A program made the position numbers and the translations under genes. From IMG/VR virus record IMGVR_UViG_3300031555_004710, positions 64,001 to 128,000 of that record: 64,000 bases of DNA; one strand, 5' to 3'. Under the pieces are notes generated by a model. The model was not told where the DNA came from and searched no databases. It worked only from the letters and a program-made list of their open reading frames with translations. This stretch comes from a virus. Taxonomy: Duplodnaviria; Caudoviricetes. Below, in pieces: positions 56,697-64,000 of this stretch. Position 1 is the stretch's first letter; every line of letters begins with the position of its first letter.

Positions 56697-57419
56697 ATGA
56701 AAGGATGTGCTATTATGCAAGACCCATTCAACATAATTATGATAATAATGTATTTCATATTTATATTACTAATAGGCTTTCAATATCTTAAACGTAAAAA
56801 TCCTAATATATCTCATGATAAAGAATATAGAATTAATGAAAGAAATGATTCGGTGTTGGGTATTCCATTAAATCTTATTAGAAATCAATATTTCCCATAT
56901 GATAAATTACCAGATAGAGATTTCTATATCACGTCTTTCATGCAGGAAGTATTTAATATTTTTCTAAAACTTTCACCAAACATGATATCTACTCTATCTA
57001 AGGTAGAACGTCGAATGGTTGGGTTAAAGGTTGCAATTGATAATCCTATATCTAATGATGAGCATATAAAATCTGAAATAGAATATCTAGATAATATTTT
57101 AGATGAAATGGTAAAGGTTTCTCATTCCATGATAGAAAAGCTCGAAGAGCACATCTTAGATGATCAACCTAATCAAGTAAAAGTATATCTGAGTAAAGAT
57201 ATGGTTCAATTATATATGAATGCAGTAAATCTATTGATGGATTTAACTGATAATCATGCTATGCTGAATTATGAAATTCATGGAAAACTAGTAAACAGTT
57301 ATCCAGACTTAGTAGAACCATTCAGAATTATTTCTGGAAAAGTAACGTATTTATTTTTTATAAATCTTATTAGTTATAGTAACAAAATAGATGAGAATCT
57401 ATATTTATCTGATGAATAA
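56697..57419 (+). CDS. N-terminally membrane-anchored hypothetical protein
   Basis: hydrophobic N-terminal helix. Confidence 0.75.
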   Translation: MKGCAIMQDPFNIIMIIMYFIFILLIGFQYLKRKNPNISHDKEYRINERNDSVLGIPLNLIRNQYFPYDKLPDRDFYITSFMQEVFNIFLKLSPNMISTLSKVERRMVGLKVAIDNPISNDEHIKSEIEYLDNILDEMVKVSHSMIEKLEEHILDDQPNQVKVYLSKDMVQLYMNAVNLLMDLTDNHAMLNYEIHGKLVNSYPDLVEPFRIISGKVTYLFFINLISYSNKIDENLYLSDE

Positions 57420-57434
57420 ACTACATCTTAAAAA

Positions 57435-57764
57435 ATGAAAGGAGCATACAAAATTATGACTAACGAAGCACTTCAAGCAATGATTGATGAATTTGGTGAA
57501 AGAATATCTATTATTATCTTTGATAATAATTTTAAAGTATATATTGGATATCCTTCATCTACAATAAAAAGTGTAAATGAGATTCAATTCAAGAAATTTG
57601 GAGATACTGATATGATAGGAATTCCTAAAAAATGTAGTAATCCAAAAATGGATAGAATGGGTGTTAGTACTACAATATGGCATCCTACTGAATGTATACA
57701 GTATATTGCTACTCTTGATGAAGGCTTTGAAAACTTCCGTATTGATCCAATGGAGATCGGATAA
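57435..57764 (+). CDS. hypothetical protein
   Basis: 109 aa, AAGGAG SD. Confidence 0.75.
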   Translation: MKGAYKIMTNEALQAMIDEFGERISIIIFDNNFKVYIGYPSSTIKSVNEIQFKKFGDTDMIGIPKKCSNPKMDRMGVSTTIWHPTECIQYIATLDEGFENFRIDPMEIG

Positions 57765-57932
57765 AAAAATGAATTAAATTTTTTATCGTATATTATTAAT
57801 ATGAATAAGTTGATATTTTATTTAAGTTATGAATATATAGTGTAGATTTCTATATTTACAGTAATATAAAAATAACAAATAGAATATCAACTTGTTATTA
57901 TTTATTATTTATAAAGAAAGGGTGTGTTAGCT

Positions 57933-58412
57933 ATGGCAAATTCACACAAATCGTTAGTCACACAGATTCAGGCAGATGAGAAATTATTGCTTGCAAATCG
58001 TCGTGCAATGGATAAGGTCCAGCTTCAGTTTCAGTGCAAATGTGCACACAGAGACTCGAATGGTAGTTTCGCTTTAAGCGTACCTTCAGGTCAGAATCCT
58101 AAGAAATCTCAGTTTACAGGAGCGCCTCTGTACAGATGTCGTGTTTGTAAGAAAGAACTCGATATTTCAAACATATCTGAAGATGAATTTAATAAAGCTT
58201 TAGACCTTATTAACAGAGTATGTGACCTAAGCAAAATGTATCTTGATTTACGTAGTGAAAAAGATCAGGAAACATTAAAAGCTTTTAGTAAATTACAATA
58301 TCGTATGAACTCAATGGTTCCAGATGCATATAAGACTATCCGTAAAGGCGGTCATAAGAAGAAGAAGGGTAATAATAACCCAATGAGTGGAATGATTGAA
58401 GTTAGTCGTTAA
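57933..58412 (+). CDS. zinc-ribbon hypothetical protein
   Basis: CKCAH...CRVC, basic tail; TATATTAT at 57789. Confidence 0.7.
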   Translation: MANSHKSLVTQIQADEKLLLANRRAMDKVQLQFQCKCAHRDSNGSFALSVPSGQNPKKSQFTGAPLYRCRVCKKELDISNISEDEFNKALDLINRVCDLSKMYLDLRSEKDQETLKAFSKLQYRMNSMVPDAYKTIRKGGHKKKKGNNNPMSGMIEVSR

Positions 58413-58519
58413 AGAATAAATAATGATTGTGAGCGCGCGCAATTATTATCAGATTATACTATAGGAGAAAGTTAATGCTTTCTCCTATATATTTATTTTT
58501 AGAAAGGACTTGTAGAAAA

Positions 58520-59521
58520 ATGAGTAATGTAGTAGAATTCCCTAATAAGGAAAATGATGTAAGAAACGAAATTGTTAAACAGAATGAAAATTTCATTGCT
58601 AGCATTCGTGAGAAAATGAAAAATGAATATGATGCTCTTTTAAGAACTCAAAATGAAACGGCTATTCAAATGGGTAGATCAGTTCAATTTATTGTAAATT
58701 CTGTAATTGCTGTACTTAGTAAAACATTTATAGAATCTCCTGAAATGAACGAAAAGATATCTGCTCCATATTTTATGAATCACTGTATGCAATCAGTAAA
58801 TGCTATCCTTGCAGGAGGAGTTATATCCCCAATTACTGGATGTGATGAGGAGTGGGTTGATACAACAGTCCCTGAAGATGTTGGTCAAGAATTTAAATGT
58901 ACTTATCGTGGAAGAGAGTATTCTGTAAAAATAGAATCTGTTCAGGTAAATAAACGTTATCCTAAAATTTTCCGTTTAAATAACGATAATAATCTTGCAC
59001 ATAGAATTGATTTCTTCCAGTTCCATGATGCAACTAATCCAGAACATATACATCTCACAGAAGATTCAATAAGATTTATAAAATTCCCTTATTCAATGCA
59101 GTCCGCACATTCTCAGTGCATATTAGAAGATAATAAGATATCCGATTATCTTGATTTTGATTATGATGAAATTGTGAATGGATTAGTTTATATTGATCAG
59201 ACAAATGATGATCCAAATAGCTATATCGTAGCTCCAAAGATTCCATTTAATGCTTTGGAAGGATTTGGAATCGATGTTGAAGATGAAGTTAGTGAATATC
59301 TTAAAATCATGAGTGGTACTGACGGAGATTTATCCGTATTTGATGAAGATGACAATTATCCAGACTACGATGATGATTTTGATGATGATGATGAAGATAA
59401 TATGGATCTTAACGCATTTGGTAGCCCTCTACCTAATGAAGATTTTGATGAAGACGAAGGTAGCACATTATATGATACAGTTGGCAATCCTCTTCCAAAT
59501 GTGAATATAGATGAGGAGTAA
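58520..59521 (+). CDS. hypothetical protein with acidic tail
   Basis: ATG 58520 after GAAAGGA; ISPITGCDEEW motif. Confidence 0.75.
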   Translation: MSNVVEFPNKENDVRNEIVKQNENFIASIREKMKNEYDALLRTQNETAIQMGRSVQFIVNSVIAVLSKTFIESPEMNEKISAPYFMNHCMQSVNAILAGGVISPITGCDEEWVDTTVPEDVGQEFKCTYRGREYSVKIESVQVNKRYPKIFRLNNDNNLAHRIDFFQFHDATNPEHIHLTEDSIRFIKFPYSMQSAHSQCILEDNKISDYLDFDYDEIVNGLVYIDQTNDDPNSYIVAPKIPFNALEGFGIDVEDEVSEYLKIMSGTDGDLSVFDEDDNYPDYDDDFDDDDEDNMDLNAFGSPLPNEDFDEDEGSTLYDTVGNPLPNVNIDEE

Positions 59522-59523
59522 TT

Positions 59524-59769
59524 ATGCCAGATAATAATTTACCATATACTCACGTAAGTGAAGAATTGAATAAAATAATCACTGAATTAATGAATGATTA
59601 TAATAATCTTTTATCTAAAGCAAAGAGTTATGGTCTAGATATCAAATTTGCTCCAGATAGTAAAAATAGTCTAGAATTATATTTTAACGATGATTATCCA
59701 GATACAATTCTTGTTGATAAGTTTTCATCGTGTGATAGAGGTGAACATAATCATGCATCTAACAATTAA
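59524..59769 (+). CDS. small hypothetical protein (tandem paralog)
   Basis: TELMNDYNNLLSKAKSYGLDIK. Confidence 0.75.
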   Translation: MPDNNLPYTHVSEELNKIITELMNDYNNLLSKAKSYGLDIKFAPDSKNSLELYFNDDYPDTILVDKFSSCDRGEHNHASNN

Positions 59770-59938
59770 AGAAAGATTGACAGAACTTATGTCAGATTAT
59801 AGAGATCTTGTTACTAAAGCAAAGAGTTATGGATTTGAAATAAAAGTTGCCAAATCCGATGATGGTAACTTAGATCTATACTTTTATGTAGATGAATCTA
59901 TTGCTGATGAGTTAGAAGAAGGTTTTATATCCAATTAA
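59753..59938 (+). CDS. small hypothetical protein (tandem paralog)
   Basis: TELMSDYRDLVTKAKSYGFEIK; GAGGTGA SD. Confidence 0.75.
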   Translation: MHLTIKERLTELMSDYRDLVTKAKSYGFEIKVAKSDDGNLDLYFYVDESIADELEEGFISN

Positions 59939-59940
59939 TT

Positions 59941-59975
59941 AAAAATAGAGAATGAATATTCATTCTCTATTTTTT
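59941..59975 (+). terminator. intrinsic terminator
   Basis: AAAAATAGAGAATGAA/TTCATTCTCTATTTTT. Confidence 0.8.
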
Positions 59976-59995
59976 TGTATTCGATTTATATTTGA

Positions 59996-60042
59996 TATAT
60001 TATTAAAGTGTAAGTATCTATACTCACGCAAACAATTATTTA
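59996..60042 (+). promoter_or_regulatory. tandem early-type (TATATTAT 59996) and late-type (AACA-N6-TA 60031) promoters of the topoisomerase operon
   Basis: both motifs present upstream of gyrB. Confidence 0.5.
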
Positions 60043-60133
60043 GCTTTAAATAGAAAGGATGATGATTAATTATTACTGAATTAAAGCTAAATTTACAAGT
60101 AAATTATATTAAAATATAAAGGAGGTCTATATT

Positions 60134-62614
60134 TTGGCTGAGAAAAATACTAAAGGTGTAGTTACATTGGATAGTAGAGATACTATCGAAGGCATTAAAG
60201 ATGACCAATTTTTCTATACGCAAGATGAGTTAGAAGCAATTCGTAGGCATCGAGGGATGTATGTACCAAGAGACCAAACTGATGGTGCTGTGCATTTATT
60301 TAAAGAAATATTTGCAAACTCAATAGACGAATGTAATAACGATAATTCTCACTGGGATAAAACCAAGAAAGAGATAACCATAATCTATTATGAAAGTGAA
60401 AGAAAAATAGTAGTAATGGATAATGGTAGAGGAATTCCTGCTGATATACTAACTAGTGTAGTAATGAAGAAACATGCTTCTACAAAAACTATTGGTTTAT
60501 CAGAATCTAGAAATAAGAAAGTTACAGGACTTAACGGTGTTGGTCTAACTGTATGTGCCGCATTAACTGACTATATGTATATAACTACTTATAGAGGTAA
60601 TAATTCTAAAACCATTGAACTCTTTGATGGTGAATTGAAAGAGCATCCAATCGTAAAGAGTAAAGAATTTAGAACTGGTACAGAAATAGGAGTTATACCA
60701 TCTGAAAAATATTTAGGTCCTATTAATTTGACTACTGATATAATTGAAGACTATATCAGAAATATGTCATATATCATTGAAAGTGATATTAAGATGACAT
60801 TTATTGGAGAGAAAAATCCAGAAGAAAAGAATCCTAAAAAGAGAAAGTATTTTACTCATAATTATGCTGCTCAAGGATTAGGAGCTGCTGTAAAATATAT
60901 GAGTAGTTCATTAGAGTTTGCTCCTATTGAAGCAAAGTTTATATCTGAAGATTACGATATTTCTATGGCTTTCTCATATGATAGGTCTTTGGATGATACT
61001 TCTATAGCATCATTTGGTAACTACGTTATCACTACTGAAGGAGGTTGTCACGAAGCTATAGCTACAAGAGCAATATGTGACTATTTTAGTAGAGAAGCTA
61101 AGAGACAAGAACCAAATGCAAAATATGAAGTTGCGTTTGATGATTGTAAGAAAGGTTTAGTATTAGCAGTAAATTTAGAGCACATAAGTCCTAAATTTGA
61201 AGGTCAGCATAAAACTAAAATTTCAAATAATGAAATTATGTCAGATGCTAAGAAAGGATTATATGATGCAATTTATAAGATAATGAATAATAATCCTCAG
61301 ACAATGAAAAAGATTATTACTTATCTTAGACAGATTGCTAGGGCTAGACAAGAATCTAGAAAAATTCGTGGAGTGTCAGTTAAGAAAACTACGACATTCT
61401 TAGAGGATGCTGAAATTGAAAAATATTTTACAGTATCAAATAGAAACTCTACAGGTTATAAAGAATTATTCCTATGTGAAGGTGACTCTGCAGCTGGTGG
61501 AATATTGAATTCTCGTAATCCTGCATATCAAGCAGTTTATACTGTACAGGGTGTAACAGATAACGTTCATGATTTATCACTCAATCAACTTTTACAGAAA
61601 AAGATGTTTAGTGAACTTATAACAATTCTTGGAACTGGTATTGGTAAGAACTTTGATATCACTAATTTGCGTTATGATAAGATTATTATATGCTCAGATA
61701 TGGATATCGATGGTTTTAACATTACTTCATTGCTACTATGCTTCTTCTTTGTATTCATGCCAGACTTAATAAGAGAAGGAAAGATATACAAAGCGATGCC
61801 GCCATTATACTTGATGGATTTACGTTCCCTTCGTAAATATTATAATGGTAGAGAATGGTTATATGATAAGATAGAATATTATAACATGATAAATGGTATA
61901 ATTGCAGATAATTGTGAAGTTGCTTTAGAAGTAGCTAATACTTCTAAAGGTGGAAAATCTAGACAGCCAGAAGTATATCCTATGTCTAAGAAAGAGATTA
62001 TTAATTGGCTTAATATGAATAGTGAATATAAACTCGAATTAGATAACTTAGGAAAGAAAGCTGCATGCGACCCTAGAATTTTAGAAAATGTATGTTATCT
62101 AAAAGTAAATACTAAAAGTCCTGCAGAGTTCCAAAAGAAATTAGAAGAAATATATCCTGAAATGACTTATGATAAGAATGCGTGTTCTTTAATAGGGTCA
62201 TGGGATGGTAACTTCTTTAGTTTAATATGCGATAGTCTCTTTGATAAGAGTGCAATGAGATTTATCAATGAGATGAAGAAAAACTCATCAATGTATGTAT
62301 GGTATAGAAATAAGAAAAATCCTAACGATAAGATGACTCGTGCAACTATCGGAGAATTCCTTACTGAAATGGATAAAGCATTCAATATCAAGATAGACCA
62401 GCGTTTCAAAGGACTTGGAGAAGCTGATGCGGATTTATTATTCAGAACTACTACAAATCCTAAATATCGTAAACTTCTTAAAATTGATATTAATGATTTT
62501 GATACTACTTCAGAAGTATTCGAATTACTTCATGGTAAATCTCCTAAACTTAGAGAAGCTCGTAGAGAACTGATCGATAGTACACCACTATCATATGCAG
62601 ATATCGATAACTAA
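60134..62614 (+). CDS. gyrB: type IIA topoisomerase/DNA gyrase subunit B
   Basis: EIFANSIDE, DNGRGIP, GLNGVG, EGDSA, DMDIDG, PPLY, QRFKGLGE; TTG start after AAGGAGG. Confidence 0.92.
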   Translation: MAEKNTKGVVTLDSRDTIEGIKDDQFFYTQDELEAIRRHRGMYVPRDQTDGAVHLFKEIFANSIDECNNDNSHWDKTKKEITIIYYESERKIVVMDNGRGIPADILTSVVMKKHASTKTIGLSESRNKKVTGLNGVGLTVCAALTDYMYITTYRGNNSKTIELFDGELKEHPIVKSKEFRTGTEIGVIPSEKYLGPINLTTDIIEDYIRNMSYIIESDIKMTFIGEKNPEEKNPKKRKYFTHNYAAQGLGAAVKYMSSSLEFAPIEAKFISEDYDISMAFSYDRSLDDTSIASFGNYVITTEGGCHEAIATRAICDYFSREAKRQEPNAKYEVAFDDCKKGLVLAVNLEHISPKFEGQHKTKISNNEIMSDAKKGLYDAIYKIMNNNPQTMKKIITYLRQIARARQESRKIRGVSVKKTTTFLEDAEIEKYFTVSNRNSTGYKELFLCEGDSAAGGILNSRNPAYQAVYTVQGVTDNVHDLSLNQLLQKKMFSELITILGTGIGKNFDITNLRYDKIIICSDMDIDGFNITSLLLCFFFVFMPDLIREGKIYKAMPPLYLMDLRSLRKYYNGREWLYDKIEYYNMINGIIADNCEVALEVANTSKGGKSRQPEVYPMSKKEIINWLNMNSEYKLELDNLGKKAACDPRILENVCYLKVNTKSPAEFQKKLEEIYPEMTYDKNACSLIGSWDGNFFSLICDSLFDKSAMRFINEMKKNSSMYVWYRNKKNPNDKMTRATIGEFLTEMDKAFNIKIDQRFKGLGEADADLLFRTTTNPKYRKLLKIDINDFDTTSEVFELLHGKSPKLREARRELIDSTPLSYADIDN

Positions 62615-62629
62615 GGAGGATTTTTATTT

Positions 62630-62830
62630 ATGAAAATATTTTCAAAAAAGCACACTTATTTGATATCATATGTAATACCAAATCAATATGGTGACCCTAA
62701 TAAACTCGGATTCGGTAATTCTACTCTTTATTCATCATCTAAAGGATTAGATTTAATAGACCAAGCTATCGAAGGTGCACAGCGAGTTGATGCAAATGCA
62801 ATCTTGATGAGTATTTGCAAAGTAGATTAA
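62630..62830 (+). CDS. small hypothetical protein between gyrB and gyrA
   Basis: 66 aa, AAGGAGG SD. Confidence 0.75.
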   Translation: MKIFSKKHTYLISYVIPNQYGDPNKLGFGNSTLYSSSKGLDLIDQAIEGAQRVDANAILMSICKVD

Positions 62831-62848
62831 ATAGGAGGTGGTTAAAAT

Positions 62849-64000
62849 ATGAGTAAAAATGATAAAAAGATAGAAAAACGTATCTGGGATGGAGTCTTTG
62901 AAAATGACTTCCAGAATGAAAGAGATATTGAAGATGTTGATATTGCGGAATATGATAAAAAGAATATGACATTATATGCAAGTAATGTAAACATTTTCCG
63001 TCAGATAATTAGACTTTCTGATAGTTTAAAACCTGTAGAACGTAGAATACTTTATGCATTATTCTTAGCTAAGGCATTCCCTGGTCATAAACTTAAGTCT
63101 ACTATGATTGGAGGCTACACTGCTGTATATCACTGTCATGGAGATTCTTATCCTGCAATGGTTGGTATGGCACAGAGTTGGAAGAAGCCTTGTCCATTAA
63201 TAGATGGTAAAGGTAACTTTGGAAGTGCAACTAGCGAATTTTATGCAGCAAGTCGTTACACTGAAGCATCAATGAGTAAATATGCGAAAGAATGTTTCTT
63301 TGATGATTATGATGATGATTGTGTTGAAATGATTTTCAATAGTGCAAGTGATTTAAATGAGCCAATGAGTTTACCTGCAAAATTTCCAAATATATTGGTT
63401 AATGGCGGAATGGGTATTGCTTTTGGTAATGCTTTTAGAATACCTACTTATAATATAGTAGATATAGTTGATGTATGTAAAAGGGTTATAGAAAATCCTG
63501 AAACTGCAAATGTATTTATGATTCCTGATTTACCTAGTGAATGTCAAATTATCGATGATGGCCAGAGTTTTAAAGATATTATCGATACTGGTAAAGGTGT
63601 ATTAAAAATGCGTGCTGATGCAGAAATTATTGAAGGTAATCGTAATTGGATTATAAAGATTACAAGTCTTCCTTGGATGACTTCTCTTATAAGTATCAAG
63701 GATAAAATAGTTTCATCGGTAAAAGCAGGTGTATTACCTATTAAAGATATTCAAGACCATTCATATATGGTAAAGGATAAGGATGGAAACGTTAAAACTA
63801 AAGTAGATTTCCGTTTAGTGTTTGATAAAGCTCATGACCCACATACTATATTGAATAAACTATATACTACAACCGACTTGCAGAAATCTGTATCCATAGA
63901 TTTTAAAGTAGTCTTAGATAATTTAACTGTAAGAAGATTAAATATGCGTGAGTTAATAAATTCTTGGTTAGATGAACGTAGAAGTTATAAACGTCGTTTA
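62849..64000 (+). CDS. gyrA: type IIA topoisomerase/DNA gyrase subunit A (partial, runs off window)
   Basis: Not in ORF track. DSLKPVERRILY, YHCHGDS, LIDGKGNFGS, AASRYTE (catalytic Tyr), PNILVNGGMGIA; GGAGG SD. Confidence 0.92.
   Translation, partial: MSKNDKKIEKRIWDGVFENDFQNERDIEDVDIAEYDKKNMTLYASNVNIFRQIIRLSDSLKPVERRILYALFLAKAFPGHKLKSTMIGGYTAVYHCHGDSYPAMVGMAQSWKKPCPLIDGKGNFGSATSEFYAASRYTEASMSKYAKECFFDDYDDDCVEMIFNSASDLNEPMSLPAKFPNILVNGGMGIAFGNAFRIPTYNIVDIVDVCKRVIENPETANVFMIPDLPSECQIIDDGQSFKDIIDTGKGVLKMRADAEIIEGNRNWIIKITSLPWMTSLISIKDKIVSSVKAGVLPIKDIQDHSYMVKDKDGNVKTKVDFRLVFDKAHDPHTILNKLYTTTDLQKSVSIDFKVVLDNLTVRRLNMRELINSWLDERRSYKRRL

Noticed and set aside
1-64000. Alternative genetic code (TAG or TGA recoding seen in some gut jumbo phages)
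   Set aside because: Genes are long and intact in code 11; TAG and TGA act as real stops next to terminators (e.g. 4612, 42243)

Overview
Very AT-rich fragment of a jumbo phage genome of the phiKZ/AR9-like type (self-encoded multisubunit RNA polymerase). The host is probably a Gram-positive/Firmicute, judged from strong SD sites and SH3b, M23 and C39 cell-wall domains. Standard code 11. Recognisable genes: a 1419-aa RNAP beta-like subunit (probably virion RNAP), a 3925-aa tape-measure/tail lysin, baseplate-like proteins, an SbcC/Rad50 ATPase, an SF2 helicase, RusA, a DHH phosphoesterase, GyrB and a partial GyrA, a kinase-like protein, a PolB-palm-like protein and many hypothetical proteins. 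Two promoter classes can be read from the sequence: TATATTAT (early-type) before accessory and replication genes, and AACA-N6-TA (AR9 late-type) before virion genes. Units are separated by bidirectional intrinsic terminators. The most striking observation is that the three largest ORF-free gaps (about 4286-4603 +, 23507-22848 -, 33790-34555 +) each begin with a late-type promoter, end in a terminator and contain multiple helices, so they are candidate late structured ncRNAs. There is also an early-promoter tRNA-like gene with a collapsed anticodon loop. All calls come from visual motif reading; no searches were run.
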